Part shown: piece after piece, positions 10,401-19,500 of the stretch
How the letters are laid out: each line of letters begins with the position of its first letter
Numbering within the stretch: the first letter of the stretch is position 1
Source: a virus
Lineage: Duplodnaviria; Caudoviricetes
Virus record (IMG/VR): IMGVR_UViG_3300012952_003756
Span: 4,776-68,775 of that record
Length of the DNA: 64,000 bases
Strand: one strand, 5' to 3'
Position numbers and translations under genes: made by a program
The notes under the pieces: generated by a model
What the model saw: the letters and a program-made list of their open reading frames with translations, nothing else
The model's database searches: none
What the model was told of the DNA's origin: nothing

Positions 10401-11100
10401 CAGCGCTATATTGAAGGCCAGGGTTTCCCTCTTTGACACTAATTTCAGATTGAAAAGTTCCTTCAATAAAATCCTTTGGTACGCCATCCTTAATCCACCA
10501 CGCAGAATCACTTTTTTTGGCGAATGGCTTATTAAAATATACATCATATGTGTTGAAAGAATATTGTATGTCTTTATCAACGTGCCCCCATTTAAGTGTC
10601 TTTTCCAATAAATAAGAAAATCTCCCTTTCCATCTAATAGGGTCGCTCATATTTTGGTTTGCCGCCATATTAAATTTAAATTGAGTGTTATTTTTAAACA
10701 ATGTTCTATTTTGTGTTATGTTTGAAAATTTTTGTGAAGTAAAATATAGAACGTCAAAAAAGTCCGTAGCGGTTCTGTAAAATTCGAGGTTGTCAAGTGT
10801 TTTGCTATTATTTATGTACATGTTTAGAGGCATCCAGCGCGAGGTGAGGGCCGTCAGAAACGGCACCCACCTTAATCCTTTTACTTGTGATACGTAGGTC
10901 GCGCTGGTGGTGGACGTGTCGGCATATATTCCGGTGGATTGGCCGGGTAAAGTTATGCCCGTGGCCTGATATGGAACATTAAAAGGCACAACCAGCATTG
11001 TCGACTGCAGAGATTTTATAGAAGATATAGTTTCGTTGTTCTTTTCAAAAAGATCAACCTCTTTTATTTCCTCTGTGTCTGGGTCTTTATACCATGCCAT
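7477..11100 (-). CDS. Large hypothetical virion protein (1207 aa) with C-terminal FN3/Ig-like segments
   Basis: YVDTQVKHDKGYYYQIYAH and FYDRIEPNKDYYYVIREVDVHGNYSNPSP resemble FN3 C-terminal strands; structural-module context. Confidence 0.55.
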   Translation of the reverse strand: MAWYKDPDTEEIKEVDLFEKNNETISSIKSLQSTMLVVPFNVPYQATGITLPGQSTGIYADTSTTSATYVSQVKGLRWVPFLTALTSRWMPLNMYINNSKTLDNLEFYRTATDFFDVLYFTSQKFSNITQNRTLFKNNTQFKFNMAANQNMSDPIRWKGRFSYLLEKTLKWGHVDKDIQYSFNTYDVYFNKPFAKKSDSAWWIKDGVPKDFIEGTFQSEISVKEGNPGLQYSAGILLMEEKITIKGSDNSEDNNWNPIISNFIGYSGAPTENNLKNWTKHKSGIVMPNSNIAGSWSFRDATFEIKKPFLEKAYESGEKQDMGLTSPVDIQAHYNFYLLPYEDAISDEEGESQVRVPLEFDGDTLSPIPEPMIPNIYALIYDQMSEEEYFRYSDQGSWMPLGAFKHCKKSNGSLNYTGKKAGMPLDKNEKFLVDGLGQFLSITTKKNHVDELPVKNIAEYLNSWVSMAGALNAPPGPGGETPAYKKWDATWAGGYNAENIAHAIKNAAMMNKEGKYNIVGISAYKIKDLTDEADKLKKMFPFHIDINLPMANSGYIGKLLFDGGLTDIFMQNIMAGFYHIGNAENPSSADKMSPAEVKDFYSDIKPFTTPALKNTCIIRKDGPSHKSKGGSPKQETMFSETMLHLWLNEFLESKVLLDLDAAPALIGAEPTLAPFAQYFEGLPPQYYDWISDVGAYDYIKQVLKLLGFAAASWNKNLLKPVVFGKAPPKSSNSISALIKWILTKNKINKFINERVRSVSDVYAGKKAYSEVLFYEIVKYKSQPIIQENLPPSDDENDIPYIPASGPDTKGETFIQSFFIPNIPGMDMAKYVDTQVKHDKGYYYQIYAHTFVIGTQYQYDAQQGHFKGKAYDELNGKFHRITLDCDYKPDVHLIRVPFYNTIASTSNTVHLAEYKDQSFDNNNSDNYKLNSLETTLVWDSPPIFPDAVFVPLYGENDRVLINCNFNVGEYDLNPVILDKNSDELNAQIKPRINQKKLKGPITFSGDDFCGHIEILRIDKKPTSYLDFTPTDKTAIAEVGHGKSNFGFYDRIEPNKDYYYVIREVDVHGNYSNPSPIYMARIVDREAEAPYTIFKMFFIEEMEEAKPVSTKSFMKYIKIQPSLEQRVLNDLEISDYSSIDLLKDAEKLNLMIGDLNLSKNVWGKKFKFRFTSKKTGRKFDLNLAVKDIDKLEKETSSVSGEPDTYSSGKC

Positions 11101-11325
11101 TTATTCGTATGCTCCCGTTGAGCCTCCGGCCAGTCCATGCTGACCCATAGGGCCGCCTGTGCCTGGAGTGGGCGCGTCAACGCCTAGAAAATCAAAGCTT
11201 GCCATTTGTTCTGGTAATTCCTTTTCTGTTTCCTGAGTGTCGAACATAAAGCCTGTGCTTATATATTCTGTTCCCAATTCATTGATGTATTCTTTACTGT
11301 ATAAATCTACTACACTTAGAGCCAT
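11101..11325 (-). CDS. Small hypothetical protein (74 aa), acidic, Gly/Pro-rich tail
   Basis: AAGGA SD and late motif upstream; its stop abuts the next ATG in frame. Confidence 0.55.
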   Translation of the reverse strand: MALSVVDLYSKEYINELGTEYISTGFMFDTQETEKELPEQMASFDFLGVDAPTPGTGGPMGQHGLAGGSTGAYE

Positions 11326-11344
11326 TTTTAAAATCCTTTTTTTA

Positions 11345-11351
11345 TAATTAG
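11345..11351 (-). promoter_or_regulatory. Candidate phage late promoter CTAATTA
   Basis: About 20 nt upstream of ATG 11325. Confidence 0.55.
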
Positions 11352-11367
11352 AGATATTTTTTATTTA

Positions 11368-14300
11368 TTATAGATCAACTTCGCCGACTTCGACCTCTTC
11401 GACTTCTTCTCCGAGAGTCTCATATATCATTTGAGATTCTCCAGACACTTCATCATATAACATAGTTTGCACTATCTGAAGGCCTGCGGCGGAAGCTGGT
11501 GTGTTTTTGTCAGGGAAGCCTTTTACATAAGCATTATATCCCGGGACTGCAACGCCGGGGCCTCCGACTTGTTTTTTAGTTGTGATTAAGAAATACTCAT
11601 CGTAAAGTGGCAGCCCCAATGCTTCATACGCTTTTGTATTGAAAAAGTCATATTTCTTTTTTACAATGCGACAAAGCAAATGATATTGCTGGCCCTTATC
11701 TGCAGATTGTAATAATTGTGCTGCATGTATGGTGCTAAGGGGTTTCCATATTGGTGCCTTTACGCTGCTGTTAAATATCTCTTCATATTTTGCATGCTTG
11801 TCATTAGGTTTAGGTGTTTTTTCAGTTTTTTCATATCCTGCCAAATATTGTACTTCGACCAAATTCATGTGATTAAACCAAAATTGACCAAACTTATCTA
11901 TCTTAAGATCTTGATTTTGTATATCTTCTCTGGTCGAAATCGCGAGCATTTTGAGGCCGCCAATTGGGCCTGCGCCCTGTCCCGTGTTGATTTGGCCTGA
12001 CTTCGCAGGGAGTTCATAAACTTGAGGAGATCCGCCGTCGTCAAAGTATCTAAAGTTGCCCAATATTTCTGCGTCCTGTTGGTATTGCAAAAGATTTGAC
12101 ATGCTTGGATGTAAGTTCGCCAATAGAACAAGCACATGCGGAGGAATATTTTTAATCCACGTGGCCACTACATTTGTCGCCGCAGTGGATTGAATTCCCA
12201 TGTCAACTTCCTCGCCAGTAAATGGATCAACAAGCATTGAAGAGTCTGTGCCCAAACTGCTTAGGGCTGCATTATACATGTTGCTTAGATATTTTTCTAT
12301 TTTACTTCCTTTTAATAGAGTGTCAAAAGATCCTAATTTTAAATCTAGTGCCGCTGGGGCGATAAAGGTTGCGTTAATTAGCGATAATAGAAGCTTTTCT
12401 TGTCCATAATTTTCAGCCCATGGCAATTGCATTTTCTTTATTAATGTTTTGGATCCCAAAGTTTCTTTTGCTTTTTCCAGCATTGTGCCGCCCGGCAGCG
12501 GATTTTTAATAAAGTCGTACCAATTAGTTTGCGACTCCCCCAAAAGGCCGTTCGCTGGGACGCCTTGATGTTTTTTTTCAGTAGTGGTGGCGGAAACAGT
12601 GCTCTTGTCGTTTACAACAGAGTCTTGAGGAAAATATATGCCGCGATATGCTAATGTTTGATATTCTTTTAAAATCCTCTCCATTTGAGCGTTAATAATA
12701 CTGCTTCCTTCTATTTTGTCTTCTGGGCCATACCCCAGCCTATGGTCTGCACCTGAGTCTCCGTAGAGGCCCATTTTGTATCTAAGTATGTTATTGATGA
12801 CCATCCAATAATCATTTTCGTTGTTGCTTGTGTGATCCACAATATATTTAGGCAAGTGTGTGGCGCCAAATGGAACTTTAAAATATCTTCCTAGACTTTG
12901 AAATGGATTGATTGAAACCGCATGGGCGCCTGGAATGAGTAGCGGTAAGGGCGTTTCTCCGGCTGGCAGTGTTGGCATATAATATCCAAACTCTTTTGTA
13001 GAGCGATTTTTATAATCTTGTAAATTTACAGATTTAAATCCTATATTGGCTGTAGTTTTATTTGGTAGCCCATCCCCGCCCTCAATTAGAGGAATTCCTC
13101 CAAAAAAATCATAGCCGGCATCCGAATGTGTCGTGCTAACAAGTTCTGTCTTTTTAGAAAAAGAATGCTCCACTTTGATTTTCTTTTTTGGGATTGTAGC
13201 TACAATTGTTTTGCCTTGTAAGGACTTTTCTTTGACGCCAGAATCTGAAAATGAATGTATTTTTGGAATGCTTGCAGTAGAATAAGAATCAACAATTGAC
13301 TTTATTTTATCGGCTGTCGATATAAGAATTTCATTAATTAAACTAATTGAGTCTGGAGTTGCCGTGTCTAAAATCAAAAGATTTTTTAACTTTTCAATAT
13401 CTAGAGAAAAATTATTGTCGGACAAAGCGTAAAAAGATTGAAGAGATTGTAGGGCGCGCATTACGGGCGAATCTAAATCTTCAACAATTGTATTCCAGCC
13501 ATTTTGAACAAAAATATCTTTTGATGTTTGTGTGAGTTGGCCAGTAATTGGATCAAAAAGTTCTTTGCCGGCACCTGAAGAATGTAGAGGTGACGTGCTT
13601 CCGTTAATAAAACTCACTAGTGGCTTGAGGTTGTTAATACCGGTATTAATACTAGAATATAGCCCGACAAAATAACTCAATGTTGGGTCTGTTATTTCTA
13701 CCTCCAAAGAATACTCATATGTGCCGCGGCTTATATTTTCAATATCATAATCTGTAAAAACATAATGACCCATATAGCCCTTGAAGCCTGGGTCGCCTCC
13801 TCCATACTTTAACTTAAGGGGGGATAGAGCTGACTTTACAGGAGGATTATATTCTACGGTTTTTTCACTTTTGGTGTTACTTCCGCCTACTTGTCCCGTA
13901 TAATATATGTTAGGGTAACTATCATATATTAATTTCTTTTTAATGTCGTTTACTACATCGCTTGGTGTATCGACGCGTTTTCTGTAAACTTTAAAAGATA
14001 ATATATTTGGAATTCCTTTTTGCGCAAAAAAACTATTAAGAGCAAAAGGAATTCCAAAATTTTCATCAATAGAAGCTAGCCTGTCAATAAGCCCTGGTAT
14101 CAAGCAGTGCTTTTTTATAAGCTTTCCCCAATCAATACAAAAAGATAATTTAACTTGCCTTTTTGTATTGATTGTAGATAACAAATCTCCAAAACAGGCG
14201 AGATTACTAAAATCTGCACTTGGTTTGTTTGATAGCTGGTTATTTATATAAGGCACCCCAGAGATGACATTGGGTTGAAAATTAAAATTTAAAATTTGTT

Positions 14301-15402
14301 TTTTTACTTGCGTGATTTGTCTGTAGTCGTGCACACGATGGAGGTCGACTAAAACATAATCTAAATACGGATGTTCCTCGTCCGGGTCGTGATGGTTACC
14401 CGCCATATATCTATTCTGATGCTTGTGTACACCTCCAAGCCAAAGGGTGCCCATTATATTATCAAATTTAGAATTGCCCATCTCATCAGTTATTTGATCT
14501 GTGGATATGAAAAACATCATCCCTTGTTTTGGTATTTTGCCATTAGAGATTATAACTTCAGTTGCAATTCTTCCGTACATGTCTTCATGATTAATGTCGA
14601 AATTGTACCCTTGACCATTGAGACCTGAATCATTAAAGACGGCTGCCAAATCCAAAGAGCACAGCGCAATTGCTGATAAATTTTGCGGAAAAATGGTTCC
14701 TTGAATTTCTTGTTTAATTTTTACTGGAATCTTATATATGGTCCTTCCGTCAGGCATTATGTGTTTATATTTTTGCTTTATAATTTCCCTTTTTGATTTT
14801 AAAGACAAGTGTTTTTTTGGATCTATATTTCCCTCATTGGGCGTTATAGATTGTTCAATAAAACTGTCTAGCGTTCTAGACTCTACTTTATAATCTTTAT
14901 CTATATCCATTTCGGTTCCAAATTCACTTGGCCATGGTTTCTCAAAATGAAAATGCTTAGCAACCAATTCTCCAATTTTTAAAGGTCCAGTGGGCCCTTC
15001 ATCAAATTTATTTGTAGGCGTCAATGTCAAAGGCGGAACACCTATAAGGTGCTTATAGGCGTCTTTACCCTTGGCTCCTTTAAATGTTATAACCCAGACT
15101 CTTATATATTTAAAAATATCTCCAGAAACTAAATCATCCAAATCGTCGTATAATTCTTCTACTTCCAAAAGCAAATCATAAGTGACAGCTAACTTTGGTG
15201 TACTCGTATATTCTTGTTCTTTTGGGTTGCCGGTCCAGCCAGCCATCCCGGGCCCCCTCTTATCGATGTGGGCCTCAATCGCAGATTCTCTATTTGCTGC
15301 AATCTTGTTGAGGCTGGAGGAGTTTCCGTCTAGCGCAATTTTGCTAATATAAATATTTGGTAATATGGGGCTCGTTAAGCCATTAAAATTAAAATTCGTC
15401 AT
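11368..15402 (-). CDS. Large hypothetical virion protein (~1344 aa)
   Basis: Long ORF in the tail module; FN3-like YVFTDYDIENISRGTYEYSLEVEITD. Start placed at ATG 15402 (TGATG overlap with the upstream gene) rather than the TTG at 15411. Confidence 0.55.
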   Translation of the reverse strand: MTNFNFNGLTSPILPNIYISKIALDGNSSSLNKIAANRESAIEAHIDKRGPGMAGWTGNPKEQEYTSTPKLAVTYDLLLEVEELYDDLDDLVSGDIFKYIRVWVITFKGAKGKDAYKHLIGVPPLTLTPTNKFDEGPTGPLKIGELVAKHFHFEKPWPSEFGTEMDIDKDYKVESRTLDSFIEQSITPNEGNIDPKKHLSLKSKREIIKQKYKHIMPDGRTIYKIPVKIKQEIQGTIFPQNLSAIALCSLDLAAVFNDSGLNGQGYNFDINHEDMYGRIATEVIISNGKIPKQGMMFFISTDQITDEMGNSKFDNIMGTLWLGGVHKHQNRYMAGNHHDPDEEHPYLDYVLVDLHRVHDYRQITQVKKQILNFNFQPNVISGVPYINNQLSNKPSADFSNLACFGDLLSTINTKRQVKLSFCIDWGKLIKKHCLIPGLIDRLASIDENFGIPFALNSFFAQKGIPNILSFKVYRKRVDTPSDVVNDIKKKLIYDSYPNIYYTGQVGGSNTKSEKTVEYNPPVKSALSPLKLKYGGGDPGFKGYMGHYVFTDYDIENISRGTYEYSLEVEITDPTLSYFVGLYSSINTGINNLKPLVSFINGSTSPLHSSGAGKELFDPITGQLTQTSKDIFVQNGWNTIVEDLDSPVMRALQSLQSFYALSDNNFSLDIEKLKNLLILDTATPDSISLINEILISTADKIKSIVDSYSTASIPKIHSFSDSGVKEKSLQGKTIVATIPKKKIKVEHSFSKKTELVSTTHSDAGYDFFGGIPLIEGGDGLPNKTTANIGFKSVNLQDYKNRSTKEFGYYMPTLPAGETPLPLLIPGAHAVSINPFQSLGRYFKVPFGATHLPKYIVDHTSNNENDYWMVINNILRYKMGLYGDSGADHRLGYGPEDKIEGSSIINAQMERILKEYQTLAYRGIYFPQDSVVNDKSTVSATTTEKKHQGVPANGLLGESQTNWYDFIKNPLPGGTMLEKAKETLGSKTLIKKMQLPWAENYGQEKLLLSLINATFIAPAALDLKLGSFDTLLKGSKIEKYLSNMYNAALSSLGTDSSMLVDPFTGEEVDMGIQSTAATNVVATWIKNIPPHVLVLLANLHPSMSNLLQYQQDAEILGNFRYFDDGGSPQVYELPAKSGQINTGQGAGPIGGLKMLAISTREDIQNQDLKIDKFGQFWFNHMNLVEVQYLAGYEKTEKTPKPNDKHAKYEEIFNSSVKAPIWKPLSTIHAAQLLQSADKGQQYHLLCRIVKKKYDFFNTKAYEALGLPLYDEYFLITTKKQVGGPGVAVPGYNAYVKGFPDKNTPASAAGLQIVQTMLYDEVSGESQMIYETLGEEVEEVEVGEVDL

Positions 15403-16490
15403 CAGTCGCAAACATCCCCTATATTTTGATTCTCAGCAGTGCCATAAATATTAACTTTTGGTGCTCCAAGCATTTTGCCACTTTCGTCGCAATTAAATAT
15501 TTTATCTGTATAAATGTTTGTAACTTTTTCTTTATAACGACTCAGTGCACAGAACTCATCTTCTTCAATATCAAAATCATAATCAATGTCAAAATAATAT
15601 TCAACATGTTTATCTGTAATTTCATCATCTCCGGAAACAAAATATAATCTCTCAAGAACTTCTGGGTTTTTTCCAATGGCTTCTGATTTTATCATATAAA
15701 CTTCTATTTCAAAATTTTCTTTTTCAAACTCGGTATTAGATTCTTCTACCTTAAGAAATGTATAATCATCAAAAACAGTAACATAAGAATCATCGTTTAA
15801 TTTATAAGGAATTTGCAAATTATCTTCTTTTTCCATTGATATGCGCTTAACTCCATCAGGACTAACATCTGATAAGTCTTGAATATACATAGGTATTTCA
15901 TCATCATTTGCATAGTCTGGGTCCGAAGGATAAAAATGCGCTTCATATCTAATATCACAGCCTAGTTGTGGAATAAAAGTTGTTGGTATTGTTGTTGATC
16001 CAGTGTTCATTGCGTCGACAGAGCCGGTCCATGCATAATCAACTGTGCGGAGGCCGGCTTTATAAAATCCGACATTCCAAGCTGCAGCATTTTTAGAATT
16101 ATATGCAGAGCTGCCAATTGGGTCTGAATAAATATAAGAATTTTCCGGAGTTTCCAAAAGGAACTCAGAAGCTTTTTTATTGGAAGCCTCTACGGCGCCT
16201 GGCATCAAGTTGTTAACATGGTTGGGGTTTTCAGAAAAAACTCCAATTTGCGCGGGCCTATAAATAGACTGCGGCCTAAGTCGAGGCGTCTCTTCCTGAA
16301 TTCTCCCTTCAATATTATTTTGAAGTTCAACGGTGCCTGATGCTGCCATGACAAAATTTCTATCATACACAATATCATCATCAAAAAATGCATATTGATG
16401 CGGCTTGAATTTTCCTAACGAAAGCAAATATCTCCCATAAGATGTTAACTCTAGATTAAGTGTTTCTTCTTTTTGATTCGCAAATGTCAT
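15402..16490 (-). CDS. Putative baseplate/tail structural protein (N-terminus shared with 6438-7418)
   Basis: N-terminal LELTSYGRYLLSLGKFKPHQYAFFDDDIVY aligns with LTDAGRKRLAEG...YAFGDDEIDY. Confidence 0.55.
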   Translation of the reverse strand: MTFANQKEETLNLELTSYGRYLLSLGKFKPHQYAFFDDDIVYDRNFVMAASGTVELQNNIEGRIQEETPRLRPQSIYRPAQIGVFSENPNHVNNLMPGAVEASNKKASEFLLETPENSYIYSDPIGSSAYNSKNAAAWNVGFYKAGLRTVDYAWTGSVDAMNTGSTTIPTTFIPQLGCDIRYEAHFYPSDPDYANDDEIPMYIQDLSDVSPDGVKRISMEKEDNLQIPYKLNDDSYVTVFDDYTFLKVEESNTEFEKENFEIEVYMIKSEAIGKNPEVLERLYFVSGDDEITDKHVEYYFDIDYDFDIEEDEFCALSRYKEKVTNIYTDKIFNCDESGKMLGAPKVNIYGTAENQNIGDVCD

Positions 16491-16506
16491 TTAAAAATCC
16501 TTTTAA

Positions 16507-16513
16507 TAAATAG
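16507..16513 (-). promoter_or_regulatory. Candidate phage late promoter CTATTTA
   Basis: About 17 nt upstream of ATG 16490. Confidence 0.5.
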
Positions 16514-16518
16514 ATGAT

Positions 16519-19500
16519 TTATTTTTTTTGTGTACCCTTAGTAAATTCCTTTTCGTCTTCATCCTCTGCAGGGTCGTCAGGAACTAAGCCAACATATTTT
16601 GGTGAAATTACCGCCTTCGATTGCAAGAGCACAAATTGGGCTGGTGAGTAATTTTGAAGTGCCTCTCTGTAAGCTTCCATCATAGATTTTTCTGAAGACT
16701 TGTCTCGCCCTGCTGGAGGGATAGGGCTTAGGCTTATAGGTTTTGGACGTCGTGCCATGTCATCTGGCGGCAACCTGAATGTGTTTGGATCGGTGCTCGA
16801 AACTCCATCATACATTGCCGTCGGAATCATATTGCCAATTGGCATTAAGTCCAATATGCTCTTCATTGATGGCATTTTGGTAGGTACCAGCTTTCTTGGC
16901 TCCATCACAACAGTTTCTTGTATTTTTGCTAATTCAATCAATGAAAAGAAATCATAGGGCCAATTGTAACTATAATATTCATCAAGACTTGTTGGCGCCA
17001 CAAAAGAGTTTTTATTATCAGCGCGCAAATCATAATAATTTTGTGTTGCGCGCTGCTTGACTTTGAATACCATCCATTGGATGTTTTTTGGAAAGCCCAT
17101 ATCCCCAGTTTCATGGCCAAGCTTGTGATTTAATAGATCCCACCCTTTGTAATTTTCCAGGGGGCGAGATTGATCTTTGTCTTCAAGAGTCATCCTATCA
17201 CCCATAAGATCTATTCCAAAGTCGATTTCTGATATGGCATGCTGAAGGCCGCTAGCTGCGTTGACTCGCCCTTTAGACGGCAATATGCCTTGCCACATTT
17301 TCACTAAATCGTCTTGTGTAAAGTGATGTTCAAATTCAAAAAATACCATTGCAAAAGGTGTTGCCTCTTTGTTTATCAAGAAATTAAACTTTGGTGGGAC
17401 ATAATATTTGGACATTGATTTAACCATTTCGACTATAGCTGAAGATGGCTTGTAAATTGCATCATCAGAAGTGAGGTCTGGATTGGTGTCAAGATATTCT
17501 TTATCGCCCCCATGGCCGGGCCGGGTCTTTGAAATGGCCCAATCGATTGTCTTTCTGTCTATGCGGAAGAACGCTCTATTTCCCCAATGGTCTTCATAAA
17601 ACGGCACTGCAACAATAGCTTCGCTCACTTTCTTTCCGGATGATGGAACCACACCAATTCTCTTTTTAGGCCTTCTGTCAAACCCCAATTTTTCTGCCAG
17701 GTTTCCGACGGGAGTTCCTGCAACCGACGAAGAGGGGGCTTGTATTTCCATGAATATGCCCTTAGATGGGGAGTTTGGTAACGTACCATATTGGTGCCAC
17801 ATGCCTTTTGACACTGAGCCCGATCCAAAAAGTGGGCGCGAAATGTTACTATCAGTGAAATCCAACACTGGGCATTCCCATTTAGTTTGAATAACCCATG
17901 CAGACTTGCCGTTTTCAGTCACAACTTGGTTCCAGTTTAGTGACGCAGAAAGTTGCATTCCGTGAACAAAGCAGTCTGACCCTGTATTGAATATTCTAAG
18001 AGGCTCTCTATAGAAAGAAGCTGAAACGTTTGAAACAACATCAGATATTGTCTTATAGCCGGAATATTCTGGCGTGTAAGACAATTCTATGTGGCTATAG
18101 CCATTATAATAGGGAGGCGTATATGGCTCAAATCCGCCTTGATAATTTGGTGAAGTTGAGTTACCTCCATATTGGCCAGCGACGTGAGGCGGCCCAAAAG
18201 ATGAACCATAGAGCGGATACGAACCATCCGCTTGCCACGAGGCAGTTCTTTCGCCGGCGGCGAGGACCTGCGATGAGATTACATTTCCATCTTTGTATTT
18301 TGTTGGATCGTCCCAATCAATAGCCCTGTTGTACATCATGATTGTTGGTTCGTTGTATATGAAAGAGGCAGAAACGGCGGGATGAGAACGCAAATCATTT
18401 GCAACTATGGTCTCATAATTTCTTATTTTTGAATGCGAACAAACTACCCTCATAGTATAGGTTTTATTCTCTTCAAACCATATGTGAGAGCCTTCATCCT
18501 CATCTCCCATCTTGATGATGCCTCCGGGCAGGTCAATCCCATGACCACCAGCCATAACACCCTCTTCTGCGGTCGTTTTAGAAATAAAAGTTGTTAGTGG
18601 GCCATATTTACTATTTTTTGTACCAGTGGACCCTCCTAGGAAGAAGCGAGGCACTTCTGACATAAAATTGTTAGCGGCCATCTTATACAGATCGTCTGAA
18701 GCTGCATTAATCGAGGCTGAAGAATTTAATGACGCGCTCGGGTGAGGTTCTCCATCATATACGTAATTAGTGCCGGCCAAATAGACTTCTGGGTCTATAA
18801 TTGCTTCGAATGGTAATCGATTAAATGTGCCAGAAATTACAGCATTGCGATATATGTTGAAGTTGTTGCCTCCAACAAGAAGCGGATGGTCGACGGCAAT
18901 GCCTGATTTAATTGAATTATACATTATGCCCGGTGCGAAAAATGGCTTTAAAGCCGTTCTCCAATTAGCCTGATTGCCATGAAGGCCTGTGTTTGGGCCA
19001 AAGGATTGACTAAACATTTGAGCCAACTGAACCGTTCGCTCAGATGGGTAAAAACCGTCATATGGTAAAAATTTAGTAATTGCGCTGCACTTCAATTTCA
19101 TTCTTGTTGGCATTGCCACTTTAACAAATTCGCTATCAATTGGCTCAAAATGTTTTAAAAAGTCGCTATTACTATAAATGGTGTAAAAGCTAGAGTCGCT
19201 ACTGTTGGGCACAAAAGCCCCAGTAAGTGTAAGCCAGCCCGGATTTTCAGCATAAAATCCTCCACTTGCGGCTTGATCTACTACGTGGTATTGCATGTGT
19301 TCGCTAATTCTATATTCTGGAATAATACCATGATCTTTTCCAACTCTTTTAACATCTTCTACATATTCTTTATAAGTATTGTATGAAGGGTTATAGCCGG
19401 ATTGTTCGCCTGCTTCCCATTTTGTATCTCCGGCGAAAGTTTGGAACTTTGCGGATCCGGCAGATGAAGATATTAATTCCGGTATTCTTCTGGCGTATGT

